This document shows, one piece after another, positions 9,643 to 21,900 of a DNA stretch of 64,000 nucleotides (position 1 is its first letter; every line of letters begins with the position of its first letter). The notes beneath the pieces are model-generated. The model saw only the letters and a list, made by a program, of their open reading frames with translations. It ran no database searches and was not told the origin of the DNA. Origin of the DNA: Ferruginibacter sp. (GTDB lineage Bacteria > Bacteroidota > Bacteroidia > Chitinophagales > Chitinophagaceae); assembly GCA_039921685.1 (NCBI GenBank), contig JBDSBG010000005.1:260-64259 (forward strand). The letters are read 5' to 3'. The translations under genes were made by a program, and so were the position numbers.

Positions 9643-12600
9643 TCAGATCCTGAACTCTAATATAATTTGCGTACCTATTCCTTTTCCGGCGTGAATGTTT
9701 AATGTTCCGTTTAATTCCTGTGCCCGTTTACGCATATTTGGGAGGCCATTGCCTGCCATACCCGTATTCCCGTTCTCAACAGTAGCAAGCGAAAACCCAT
9801 TCCCGTCATCTTTGATCTTCAACACCAACATCCGGTGCTCATTCATAGAGATATCTATCCAGACGTTGCTGCTAGCTGCGTATTTTGCTGCATTGTTTAT
9901 AGCTTCTTTAAATAACAGGTAAAGGTTTTTTCGTTGTGCCATGTCAAGTTTAAGACCATCGAGGTTTTTGTTATTGGCAAAATGAATTACGCAGCCTTTA
10001 GGTTCCAGTATTTCAATCGCAAATGCCCTCATACGGTTGACCACATTTTCAAAACGATCATTTTTTGTGTTGATGGCCCATACAATATCACTCATAGCTT
10101 CCATCATGGCATCGGTATTGGAACTTATTTGTTTCAACAGGCCTTCCGTTCCTCCTGTATTGTCGTCCATCTTTTTTTGAATAATGGCACTTGATAAGGA
10201 AATGCTGCTGAGCGTGCTTCCGATCTCATCATGCAGATCCCTGGCAATACTATTCCGTACCCGTAGTAATTTGGTTTGTTGTGCAAGCCGCCACCGGTAT
10301 AATAAATAAACACTCCCAACTGCAAAAAGAATTGTTGCTATTTTGAAGAACCAGGTTTGATACCATGCAGGTACGATCACGATATGGATACTGTTACCTT
10401 TTTCATTCCACTTACCATCTGTATTGCTTCCTCTTACATAGAATGTATAAGAGCCCGGGTTTAGGTTGGTATAGGTAACCGAATGCTGCGGGGATGGTTC
10501 CGTCCAGTCCTTATCAAACCCTTCCAGGTAGTAAGAATATAGTTTCCCTTTTTTATTCCGGAAATCCATGGAAGAAAAAGAAATGGAAAAAATATTCTGG
10601 TCATGTCTGAGAGAGATTTGTTTGCTGTATGCAATATTTCCGTTGATCACGGATGAATCTTTTTCCCATTGAAGTATTTTATTGTTCACGCTTAGTGAAA
10701 TAAAATTAATTGGTACGGCATCCTGCTGCTGCAATACATCGCCAGGTTTAAACCAGGTAGTCCCTTTTACGCCATGGAAAAAGAGTTCACCGGTCAATAA
10801 TTTTTTACCAGTAAGCCCATTGAATTCATTTCCGGCGATACCATCTTCTTCGGTAAAATTCCTGAATTTCCCTTTGGGAAATGTCGGGCCAGGCGGCGTA
10901 AAACAGCTTAGGCCCATATTGGTGCTTATCCATAAGTTGCCCAGGTCGTCAGGTACGATATCATAAGCCACATTATTTGCGAGGCCGTCTTTCTCACTAT
11001 AGCGCATACATTTACCTGTTGCTATTTCAAAACGGTTAAAGCCACTGCCCCGGGTTCCCAACCATAGATACTTTTGAGGTTCGCGGGGGTCAGGGCAAAG
11101 AGATATCAGTTTATCGGCAGACAGGCTGCTGTTATCAGCAGGAATATTTTTCCAATGCTTCCATATTTTTGTTTGATCAGTTTGGGAAGGATCAAAAGAA
11201 ATTAATCCTACATCAGTTGCAAACCAGAAAACTTGTTGTTGATCCTGCCAGTGCCCCATTATAAAACGGCCATCTGTATTTATCATTTTCACCGGCGAGA
11301 TCCAGGTTTGATCTACTGCGCTATTTTGCTTATCCAAACGGGTCAAATAAATGTTCAGCATTTCGTCACCTCCCCTGTGAACACACCATAACCTGTTTTC
11401 ATGATCTTCGAATAAAAGAAGGATGTACTTGAAACCCAAATCATGTTTACTTACCTGTTTGTTGACAGTATCATACTCAATGAGGATATTTTTGTGGGTC
11501 CCGTTATGATTCGCCTTCCAAAACCTGTTCCTGTGATCTATAAAATCAAATAGACTGTAATCTTTCTCCTGTTCAGACACTTTGCTGGAGAGCAGTTTTT
11601 TAAATCTACGGTCTTTCGGAAAAAATTCAAAAATGCCCCTGGAAAGTTCTTTCTCATAAGGGTTAACGATCATTTTTTTTGTTCCAAGTACGTTACGACC
11701 CATATAGGGGGCTGCTTTAAATGCCTGCAGCTTGCTGTTGAAGAGACATATCCCTGCGGCATCTGTTCGTATCCATAAAACTCCTGTCCTGTCCTTGAAC
11801 ATGACTTGTAAAAGGCGAACATCATTTCCCGGGTGATATTTTTTTAAGCTATGATCGATCAGGTCAAATTCATACAGTGTATTTCCCACCCCATCCTCGT
11901 AAGCGCAAGTATAGATCTTATTTTTGATCAGTGTTAACCCGTTGATACGATGATTGCCGTACGAAGCCAGCAGATTAATTTGTTTTTTCAACAGGTTATA
12001 TAAATAGATGTGTCCCTGGTGAAAGATCAACAGGTTGTTGACAGAATCCATTAAAAAGAAATGCGAGGTCCAATCAAATGATTTGATGCCAAGGTCGTTT
12101 GCTGTTAATGTTTTCCTTGTCCAGTTTGTATCTTTCTTTTCTTCAGCAAATATTTCCAGCGATCCAAAGCTATTAATCAGGAATGAATGACGCCCTGTTA
12201 CCCTTAACTGGTATTCATCTTCATTTGTTAGGGGAAATAATTGCATTACATGCACCTGTTGTTCTTGTACGCTAACATCGTCATTAGCTAACTTCCCGGT
12301 CCGGCAGATCATCATTCCTGCATTGGTTTTTATATAGAGCCTGTTTTGAAGGCTGGTTATTTTGGTAATACTAAAATTGTTGTCTTTATTCAATGAAGAA
12401 CTGATTGGTACCGGGTAAAAACGATCTGTTCTTTTATCCATGATATACAAGCCTTTCGTCCTGGTTCCTATCCATAGGTTGTCTTTGTCGTCCTTCGCAA
12501 TGCAGTTGATGCTATTCTCGGGAAGCGAGTAGGGGTTCTCGGGGTCGTGTTTATAAACAATAAAATTATACCCGTCGTAACGGTTTAGTCCATCCATGGT

Positions 12601-12786
12601 GGCAAACCATAAAAATCCATCATTATCCTGTAAGCCGTCATAAACAAAACCTTGTGACAGGCCATCGTCAACAGTTATTTGAGGCATCCGGACAGTTTCA
12701 ATAGCAATACTATCCTGTGCAAATGCATTATTGCTATAAAAAAACATCAGTAAAAAAAGGGAAAAGAGGCGCCTTGATATGATCAT
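9643..12786 (-). CDS. Sensor histidine kinase with periplasmic beta-propeller (Reg_prop/Y_Y_Y) and HisKA_3/HATPase domains
   Basis: DGLSQGFV/DGFLWFATMDGLNRYDG propeller repeats, YTNLNPGSYTFYV Y_Y_Y domain, TM helix, IARDLHDEIGS H-box, KEAINNAAKYA, DDGNGF, GNGLPNM. Confidence 0.95.
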   Translation of the reverse strand: MIISRRLFSLFLLMFFYSNNAFAQDSIAIETVRMPQITVDDGLSQGFVYDGLQDNDGFLWFATMDGLNRYDGYNFIVYKHDPENPYSLPENSINCIAKDDKDNLWIGTRTKGLYIMDKRTDRFYPVPISSSLNKDNNFSITKITSLQNRLYIKTNAGMMICRTGKLANDDVSVQEQQVHVMQLFPLTNEDEYQLRVTGRHSFLINSFGSLEIFAEEKKDTNWTRKTLTANDLGIKSFDWTSHFFLMDSVNNLLIFHQGHIYLYNLLKKQINLLASYGNHRINGLTLIKNKIYTCAYEDGVGNTLYEFDLIDHSLKKYHPGNDVRLLQVMFKDRTGVLWIRTDAAGICLFNSKLQAFKAAPYMGRNVLGTKKMIVNPYEKELSRGIFEFFPKDRRFKKLLSSKVSEQEKDYSLFDFIDHRNRFWKANHNGTHKNILIEYDTVNKQVSKHDLGFKYILLLFEDHENRLWCVHRGGDEMLNIYLTRLDKQNSAVDQTWISPVKMINTDGRFIMGHWQDQQQVFWFATDVGLISFDPSQTDQTKIWKHWKNIPADNSSLSADKLISLCPDPREPQKYLWLGTRGSGFNRFEIATGKCMRYSEKDGLANNVAYDIVPDDLGNLWISTNMGLSCFTPPGPTFPKGKFRNFTEEDGIAGNEFNGLTGKKLLTGELFFHGVKGTTWFKPGDVLQQQDAVPINFISLSVNNKILQWEKDSSVINGNIAYSKQISLRHDQNIFSISFSSMDFRNKKGKLYSYYLEGFDKDWTEPSPQHSVTYTNLNPGSYTFYVRGSNTDGKWNEKGNSIHIVIVPAWYQTWFFKIATILFAVGSVYLLYRWRLAQQTKLLRVRNSIARDLHDEIGSTLSSISLSSAIIQKKMDDNTGGTEGLLKQISSNTDAMMEAMSDIVWAINTKNDRFENVVNRMRAFAIEILEPKGCVIHFANNKNLDGLKLDMAQRKNLYLLFKEAINNAAKYAASSNVWIDISMNEHRMLVLKIKDDGNGFSLATVENGNTGMAGNGLPNMRKRAQELNGTLNIHAGKGIGTQIILEFRI

Positions 12787-12865
12787 ATGCAGTTAATCCA
12801 TTCCAATATAAATTTAAAAACGCATACGTCCAAACTTTCCATTACTGCATTGACCGGTATAAACC

Positions 12866-12924
12866 TCATTGATATCAATGACAAATGGCTTTTTTTATTT
12901 ACAAAATCATTGGAATGAACGATT
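12866..12924. promoter_or_regulatory. Two copies of the TCATTG-N4-CAATGA operator in the divergent promoter region
   Basis: TCATTG-ATAT-CAATGA at 12866-12881 and AATCATTG-GAAT-GAACGATT at 12905-12924 (18/20 match to the reverse complement of 9606-9625). Confidence 0.6.
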
Positions 12925-13037
12925 GACAAAGGAATTTGTATAGAACATCTTTGTAATGTTTAAGACTGTAACCATAAACGGTCGTTCAAATCCCTCCCTC
13001 CTGACTACAAAAAGGCTGAACAATATAAATACTGATT

Positions 13038-15914
13038 ATGAGAAAAGTATCACTGCTTTTGATCGCATGCACGCTTTTTACTACTGTAAAATCCCAACAA
13101 CTTGTGGTTGATAGTATTTCCTTCACGCTAAATGCGGGTGCAACCTGTACCCGCATTGGTGATCTTACTGCACATGCTGCAGGCGGTACTCCTTATGCAA
13201 GCGGGCTTCCTTATGATTATTACTGGTATGAATTGGTATACAACAATATAACTGGAGGTGACGATACAGTGGCGTTGAACCTGCCTGCCGACAGTGTTGC
13301 CAATGACCTGCCACCGGGAAAATACCTAGTAAAAGTGCGTGATATAGTTCCTGACTCCGCTTACAGTCAATACTTTAATTATCCGGCCAATAACCTCTCC
13401 ATAACTAGCATGCTTACGTCTTGCTATGGCGGAAGCAATGGTATTTTGAATTCAGAGGATAATGGGGGGGATATTGTGAGTTATTTATGGAGCAACGGAG
13501 ATACGGGCATTTATGCGGATTCACTTGCGGCAGGCACTTATACTGTCATCGTAACTAATTCTTCAGGCTGCCAGGATGTTTTTTCCGGAACAGTCAATGA
13601 GCCGGATGAAATACATTTCAATGCATCGGTTTCGCTCACCTGCAATTTTAATACGAATGGCAGGCGAATTTCAATCGATCTGTCAGTCACTGGCGGAACT
13701 CAGGATGGAACAGGTAATTATACTTCTTATTTATGGAACGGGCCATCCGGTTTTACAGGAACGTCACAGGATATCATAAACAACTATGGCGATGATGGTG
13801 GAACTTATAATGTCGAGGTAACAGATGATGAGGGTTGCACAGCAGATACAACTTTTGATTTTGTAGCCTACCAACATCTTTTTGCAACCGGCTCCCAATA
13901 TTTAATTACCAATCCTACTTGTTATGGAGCTGCTAACGGTTCAGTACTTGTCGACCAGTTTGGAGGAACTGCACCATATGTTTTTCTTTGGGGAGAGGGC
14001 GGATCACCCAATACTTTTTATGCCTCAAACTATATCAGCGGCCTGGTTGAAAATGCATATTATGTTTATAATGTCTCTGACGCCATTGGCTGTATAAAAA
14101 ACCTTCTCACTCCTTTAGCGTTTGATGTGCTGCAGCCCCCACAGCTTACCGGTAGCTTGTCAGTTATGGATGTGCAGTGCAATGATTCTTCAACAGGATC
14201 GATCAATTTAATTATAAACGGAGGCACTCCTTTTATGGCCAGTGGTACACCAACTTATCATTACTACTGGAGCAATGGTCCGGTTAATACCGAAAGTATC
14301 AGCAACCTGCACGCGGGTTCTTATGATGTGGTAGTTATTGATTCGATGGGTTGCGCAATTACGCTGGATACAACCATCATAAACCTGAGTCCTCCCATCA
14401 CGACTTCCAGCACACATTTTGATTTATTATGTAACTCCATTCCACAGGGATGGGCAAAGCTAACGGTTGCCGGGGGGGAACCTGCCGGTGGCCCACAACC
14501 GTATCAATGCGCCTGGACGGGCCCCATGGTCACCATACCCGGAAATGGTACCGATTCCATTTACAACCTGCAGGCAGGTAGATATTATGTAACGGTTACG
14601 GACGTGTTCTTATGTCAGAAATTTGACTCGGTATTGATCTTACAGCCGCCCAATCCTATCAGCATTGTTTTGGATACAACAAGTGTTACTTGTTATGGGG
14701 GAACGAATGGATCAGCAATTGCCATTGTTTCCGGCGGAACAGCTTTTACAACCGGGCTGCCCTATAAGTATTACTGGACAAGAGCTGGCTTCAGCGACAC
14801 TACAGATGCTATTAGCAATCTTTCGGCTGCAAACTACCTGTTACGTGTAACCGATGCTAACGGTTGCTATAAAGATACATCTATCCAAATACTGGGGCCC
14901 GAGGTACTGGTCATTAATGGAAATGCTCAGCCGCCATTGTGCCCGCAATCATGTAATGGATTTATACAGCTGAATTATAACGGCGGGATCACGGGCGGAA
15001 CAGCTCCATATAATTTTGTATGGAGCAATGCAAGCGATTCGCTGAATATTACAAACCTGTGCGCGGGCAATTATACTATTTCAATAACGGATGCCCACTT
15101 CTGTACGGCTTCGAAGTCGTTTGAATTGATAGATCCGGCGGGAGAAGTAATTCACCTGGGTCCGGATAAAACCATTTGTAGTAATCAAACTTATTATGCG
15201 GATGCAACCGTAAGCCAACCGGCAACATATGCATGGACAAGTGACAATGGTTTTACGGCACAAACAGCGGTTGCCGCTATAACACAGGCAGGCACTTATT
15301 TTGTGGAGGCTACTACAACAACGGGTGGTTGCATCTCCAAAGATACCATTGCTATTTCGGCAAGCAATGAGCAAATCTCTTCCGAATTCATTGTATCCAC
15401 GCAGGCCTTCAGGGGCCAAACGGTTCGAGTGGTAAATATCAGTGAGCCCAGGCCAGCAAGCGTAGAATGGCTCATCCCCAATTCACCCAATATCACCGTA
15501 CAGAGTTCAAGTCAAACAATGATTGAATTACTTTTCAGTCAAACAGGCACGTACAGCATCGGGATGAAATCATTCTCCGGCTCCTGCGAAGATTCTACCA
15601 AAAAAGAAGTGATCGTAGTAGAGCCTGAACCTTTTAATCCCCTGACACAGGTAGATGATCCGCTGATACGGGAGTTCACCGTTACTCCAAATCCAAATAA
15701 CGGGCAGTTTAGGGTTTACATAAAATTGAAAGAGATAAGCAGGGTCAGGTTGCGGTTGTATAATCTCGTAACATCTTCCCTCGAGAATGACCGGGGGGCC
15801 AACAATGGTTCAGAATATACACTTTCGTATAATCTTAACCTTTCAGCAGGCGTTTATGCACTGCTGTTAGAAACGCCTAAATCAAGCATGGTGTATAAAA
15901 TTCTTGTTCAATAA
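13038..15914 (+). CDS. SprB-repeat surface protein with T9SS type A C-terminal sorting domain
   Basis: Signal peptide; many C...GS(I/A)...GGT.PY.Y.W repeats; C-terminal FTVTPNPNNGQF...LSAGVYALLL...YKILVQ. Confidence 0.85.
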   Translation: MRKVSLLLIACTLFTTVKSQQLVVDSISFTLNAGATCTRIGDLTAHAAGGTPYASGLPYDYYWYELVYNNITGGDDTVALNLPADSVANDLPPGKYLVKVRDIVPDSAYSQYFNYPANNLSITSMLTSCYGGSNGILNSEDNGGDIVSYLWSNGDTGIYADSLAAGTYTVIVTNSSGCQDVFSGTVNEPDEIHFNASVSLTCNFNTNGRRISIDLSVTGGTQDGTGNYTSYLWNGPSGFTGTSQDIINNYGDDGGTYNVEVTDDEGCTADTTFDFVAYQHLFATGSQYLITNPTCYGAANGSVLVDQFGGTAPYVFLWGEGGSPNTFYASNYISGLVENAYYVYNVSDAIGCIKNLLTPLAFDVLQPPQLTGSLSVMDVQCNDSSTGSINLIINGGTPFMASGTPTYHYYWSNGPVNTESISNLHAGSYDVVVIDSMGCAITLDTTIINLSPPITTSSTHFDLLCNSIPQGWAKLTVAGGEPAGGPQPYQCAWTGPMVTIPGNGTDSIYNLQAGRYYVTVTDVFLCQKFDSVLILQPPNPISIVLDTTSVTCYGGTNGSAIAIVSGGTAFTTGLPYKYYWTRAGFSDTTDAISNLSAANYLLRVTDANGCYKDTSIQILGPEVLVINGNAQPPLCPQSCNGFIQLNYNGGITGGTAPYNFVWSNASDSLNITNLCAGNYTISITDAHFCTASKSFELIDPAGEVIHLGPDKTICSNQTYYADATVSQPATYAWTSDNGFTAQTAVAAITQAGTYFVEATTTTGGCISKDTIAISASNEQISSEFIVSTQAFRGQTVRVVNISEPRPASVEWLIPNSPNITVQSSSQTMIELLFSQTGTYSIGMKSFSGSCEDSTKKEVIVVEPEPFNPLTQVDDPLIREFTVTPNPNNGQFRVYIKLKEISRVRLRLYNLVTSSLENDRGANNGSEYTLSYNLNLSAGVYALLLETPKSSMVYKILVQ

Positions 15915-15952
15915 TAACCGGCAGATTTACATTAAAAGCCAAGACCAACAAT

Positions 15953-18900
15953 ATGCGGAAACTCTTTAAATATAACGGCCATTACCTGTTTTGTGTTTCA
16001 AACAGCAAACTAAAACGGGTTTTTGTTCTCCTGCAGTTTTTATTATTGTTCCTGTTGAAATCACAGGCACAATACCCGGTAAGGGTTACACCCCAGCTCG
16101 TAGGATTACCTTCTTTATACCTTAGTGATTATTACAATCCCGCGGCTCCAGAATTATATATAATGATTACAAACGCCGATCTGCAAAGGCCTTTACTCGA
16201 CGTTAGGCTGCGCATGAAGATCAGGGGAGCTGGCGCTGTAATAACCAGCAAAGAAAATATTCAATACCCGTCCATTTCATTGCCCGCCGGTCTTCCACAG
16301 AGAATCGGTCCCGATGAGCTGGCATTTTATTTTAACCCTTCTAATTTCAATGCCATTGGCCTTTCACAGCCAAACAAGCTTCCTGCCGGGTTTTATGATT
16401 TTTGTTTTGAAGCGGTAGAGATAGGAACAGGGATTACAGTGGGCAGGAGTGAATGTTCTTATACAACTATTAGCCTGAATGCACCGCCAACTTTGCTGCA
16501 GCCATCCAATAATATGGATGTAATTCTGAATGACCCTACTAATATCATTTTTCAATGGTCCCAACTTTTTAATAGTCTCAATATTGCCAACACTACAGAA
16601 TATACTTTTCAACTCGTCGAGTTGCTGGATAACAATATTTCTCCACAGGATGCTTTTCTCACTGCGCAGCCGCTTTATCAAACAACGCTTACCAACACGG
16701 TATTGCAGTATGGGTCCGGGGAACCTTTATTGTTGCCGGGTAAACGATATGGATGGCGGGTACAGGCCCGCAATACGGCCGATATTAACCAGGCAGGTAC
16801 TTATGTGAACAATGGTTACAGCGAGATTTTCTCTTTTACTTATAATGAAAGATGCGGAGCTCCCTTAAGCCTCTCTGCCACTCCCAAACCGGATGGCAAA
16901 GTAAATCTTCAGTGGCAGGGAATGCCGCGGGCTGTTGAATACATGATTCAATACAGCAGTGCCGAACAACCAAATCCGGCAATAATAACCGCACCTACTA
17001 ACGTAATACAATACACCATTACGGGAGCTGTGAGGGGTGAATTATATAATTACCGTGTGGGTACCCGGTGTAATGCGGGCGGAGAAATTGTGTACAGTCC
17101 TTATGATACTTTCCGGGTAGCCATAGACCCGGTAAACGCCGATGCGGTTACGGGTAAGATTGTATGGGCATTTAAATTATCGGAAGAAACAGCTGATCCT
17201 TCTGCGGACGAATTGGTTTCGAGAACAAAACTCAATGATGATTCGCTTTATAAAGCAGAGAATAATACGATTGGTAACACAAAATATAACCTGCAACATG
17301 CCAGTGTGAGTCTGACTATTGTGTATAGAACTAATAGTCCTTGGCAACCTAATGGGTCCACTTCACTCACCACAACCACAGCGGAAAACGGTACCTATAA
17401 TATTGTAATACCTTCACAATATGACGGTAAGTTGCTGCCTGATGCTACCCTGACAATTTCACATCCTTCAGGATTATTCAAAGCGTTTCAAAAGGCAGTA
17501 CAACTTGTTAGAACCCCCCAAGGATATGTATTGGGAACAGATGTGCTTTCAGCAAGAACCCTTTCATTGAAACCCTCTGTATATATTCCCAATTATAACG
17601 GCGTAGCCCCGGTGTCGGTTGATGTATTAATGGCTGAAGCTGACTGGTTGCAATATCCTTTTATGCGCACAGCAGGTCTCGGTAACGAGGACAGTCGTTG
17701 TCAATATAATTACCAGAGCTACATTGTACTTAAAACACTTACCGATGGTAAAGAATTCAAAAAACTCTTTTACAATGCATTGCCCAGCCAAAATTATGTA
17801 ATACGGGTAAACTACCAGGACCGGCTAGCTGTATACTATCCCTTAAACAACCAGTGCGGTTATATTAATAATGCATCATCCGATAAAGTAAAACTGCTGA
17901 AAAAATCTTTCATGTTTAACCTCGACATAAGTGTAGAAGGGCGCATCACTTACCAGGGCCACGATCAAAGAGATGTAAGGGTAAAAATTGTCATCAATAA
18001 AAATGATGCACCCTCAGATTACTATGTAAGTCCAGCCAATACCTCAGGGAACGAATATATATTTGAAACAACCTCCGATGGATGGGGTTTTTACGGGCGG
18101 TCGGCTTTACCACCACTCAAAACCGGTGCAATAGTGAAAATATCACTCACCGATCAAACCATCCGCCCCGAACCATTCTGGTATTCCGTTGTGTACGATA
18201 ATTCGGAAATACTCCGGAAAGATATCACGATCATTAATTATCTCTATACTGTGACCGGGCGTGTAGTTGATCAGCAGGGTGAGCCTGTTTCAAATGCATC
18301 GGTAACGTTGTTGGGTAGTTCAATACCGGTAGCGCCTGTACGAACATCATTGCGTGGCTATTACATGATTAAATTGAACAACAGCAGTACAGAAGCGCTT
18401 GATTTCCCAAGATCACTTGAATTCAGGGTAGACGGCTTCGACCCGGTAACAACAACACTTTCTTTAGCAACCACCGATAACATCACTACTAATAGCGGCA
18501 ATATAAGCCCTAATGATTGGAAGCTTGCTATTGAAAGAAAGCCGCTATTCGCTGCCGTCATCAATTCATTTCCGGGAGGAACAGTTACGGCAGATATCCT
18601 TGGTATTGGGACAGGAACCCTTGCCAATAATTTTAATAACTATATCGGGTATGATGCCGAGTTGAAAGGAGTTATAGATGCCGGTAGTTCAACAGTGCAG
18701 GTAAAAAAAGGGATGCTTGAAGTAAAAGTAAGGCTCCAGGGTAATGGTTTCCTCCAGGGAAACCTGATCAAAGCTAAAGTAATATTAACGGGAGACAATG
18801 ACCAGGCCTTTGAAGGAGAAACACCCGACGACGACACTTACTACCAAAAAAACCTGTTGCCCGGGCGGTACAGGTTAGAAGTGCAGCCTATTTCCGGCGG

Positions 18901-21900
18901 AACAATGTTTGCAAATTATGAAGGGGAATTCGATATCATCGGTAATGGAATAAGAACCATTAATGTAATTGTACAGGAGGGCGCAATCATATCGGGAACG
19001 GTTACCAACAGGGCAACGGGTTCACCAATTGATTCGGTGTCGATCAATGTAGTGGGAATGCCTTACTCAGGAATGACAAATGCACAGGGTAAATATGCTT
19101 TTGTTGTTCCTAAAGGACTCGAATTTGACTATCATTTTTCGCAAAAGAATTATAATTCATCTGATACAAGTTTTAGAACCTATACTGATCTGCAGGTTAA
19201 TTATAAACTCGATATGCGTGACCCGAATATGCCACAGATCATTACCATGTCAGGTTTCCCGGTACAAATTGATAAGGTTGCTGCCGCTGGTTTTGGAACC
19301 TATGTTATTTCAGGAAAACTAACGTTAACCAAAAATGATATCTATACGCCCGACTTCGGCGATGAAAAGCTCAATTTCATAGGTGTGTCGGTAAAGATGG
19401 ATAGCAAAAAACAGGGCAATGCTGTTCCGCTTGCAAATGTTGCTTTTGAAGAGGCTGTGATTTCTACCATAGCATTTGATATTACAACGGTAGAGGTTAC
19501 CGGCTACCCGCAAATCACCATGAAAGGTGTAAAAGAAGGTAATACACAAAACAGGGAGAAGGGTATCATTGGCGGAACATCACTGAAAGCCATCTTTGGT
19601 TCCAGTGTGAAAGTAATTCTGCTCCCGATAAAATTAAAAGATGCCGAAATCCGAAGCAAAGATCCCGGTGTTATTGCTGCTAACCAGGAACTGGCCAACC
19701 AGGGATTGAAACCTTTTGCCTACGTTTACTCGTCACCTGATAATCCAATCCATGCACTTTCGGCCAACCAGAAATTTAACCTGGTCTTTCCCAGGGATAC
19801 TATTAATTCTCTTAATACTTCTACTGGTGTACTAACGCAGGACCGTGATACGGCAAAAGGACATGTACTTATATCCTTCAATTTTATTGTGGATAAAATA
19901 TTCAAACTCTATCTAAAAGACACCGCCGAATTCAGCAAAGACGGTTTCGACCTGGCCGGTTTCGTGAAGTTCAATTCTATTATCTCTGCTAAAATGGCCG
20001 ACTCGGGTAAAGTAAAAATTAAAAAGTTTAAAATAGATAATGAATTTAAAGTACCGGAATTCACTTTCGAACTCAATGAAGCAAAGCCATGGAAAATAGG
20101 TCTTCAAAAATCAACGGTATTTGTACAGAATATAAGTATCCTTGGTATTGGAACTTCAAATCCCGGTGTTGGGTTTGGTGGCATCTGGATCCCTACAACA
20201 AAAGAAAAGCAAGATACCGCCATCATAAAAACTTTATCGGTGAGTTATACTTCAAGCGGACTTGCCCTGGCAGGTAGTTTTAAGCTCACTAAAAAAGGAC
20301 TGAGTGTGAAGGGAATTGTTTTTAAAACGCCCGGGGCCGAAGATTATCTTTCTTTTTCACTCGATCCTTCAAAATCTTCTTATAAAATTGAAGCCGCAGG
20401 AATACTCGACTACAATAAAGAGCAATCAAGTACAACCCCCTCGTCAGATGGCGGTAGTAATGAAGGATTGAAAGCTATTTTCCCAATAGAAATTCAAAAA
20501 TTTTCTCTTGATCTCGGGAAATGGAATTTGTTCCTTGCTGCAAGGGCAAATATCACGAAGGATTTTAAAGTTGTAAAGATCAGCGTCACCAACCTGCTTA
20601 TCAGTATCGGGTACAATAAAACGTTAGATGAAATGAATACTTATCTAACAAACGGCGAGGTTACAGAAAATACATTTGCCGCTGCGGGACCTGAAGATCA
20701 GCCGCTGGAAGAAGCCAATGCATCCTGGGCAATCGGGATCAATGGCGGGCTTTCATTTCCCCCGACGTTTAAAGGGATGTCTGCTTCGGGAAGCGGCTCA
20801 TTCCTTATTGGAAATGTAAATAATAAGATCGAGGTCAGGATGAATGAGATCGAGATCCACATCATTGAACCTGCTCTTGAGGTATTGGCCTCCGTTAAAC
20901 TTGGGTTGAGTGCAGATAAAATAGGTTTTGAAGCGGCCGCAACTATTGTGACCATAAAAAGAACATTTGAAGCGAAGTTTAAATTTTACAAGATCCCTTC
21001 GGGAATTATACTGGGGGCCGACTTAACAGTTGCCGGTCCGTTTACAACCGGTCCTATCGTATGGCATAGCATCGGCGGCGGCTTCGATTTTAATACCGCA
21101 GAACAGAAATATACTTTCAAAATAACGGGAGATGCGGGGCTTGCCGGTACAACCAAAGAAGTGGGTTATCTAAAAGATGCCACATTAAAATTAATATTTG
21201 ATGGCATTGATTGCGACGGCTGGCCCGTGGTTGAATTTGAGGGCACCTTAATGATGAAAGATAAGGAAAGGGGTAAATGCGAAGCAGTCATAGATTTTTG
21301 CAAGAGCCGATTCATGATAAAGGTATCAACTACCATACCTGTTGCCTCAGGAATAGATGTGTATGTTACAGGTTTGTTCTTTTGCATTGCCAGGAAAATA
21401 AACAATGTTGAAACCGGGTCGATGCTTTTAGGAGTGAATGCAAACCTTACTTCCATGGGTGATATCCTCAAGGGAAATATCCGCCTTGTCCTGGGAATAA
21501 ACTATAATAACAATGACCAGTATTCGCCGCAGGAAACAAGAGACTGGTTTAATTACGTGGATAATGACGCCAAAGATTACCGCACAAAATATGAAAATGC
21601 CGGTTACGGCAACCTGGTTTTCCTCAATGGCCTCTATATTTCGGGTACCACCAATGTACCAGAGCAACACGCCAGCTTCGACCTTACGGTGAACACTGAT
21701 GGGGGAAATATTACCTTATTGGCTGGTGGCTACGATTTCAAAGCAAGTGCAAGTGCCCAGTTAATTTATAAACCACCCAGACCGTTAAGTCCCAAAGATT
21801 ATTTTTTTGTAAGAGTTCAACTCCATGCAGAAGCAACTGCCTACTTAACTGTATTAATGATATCTCTTGGTGGTTCAGGTACAGTTGATGCAGAAATACA

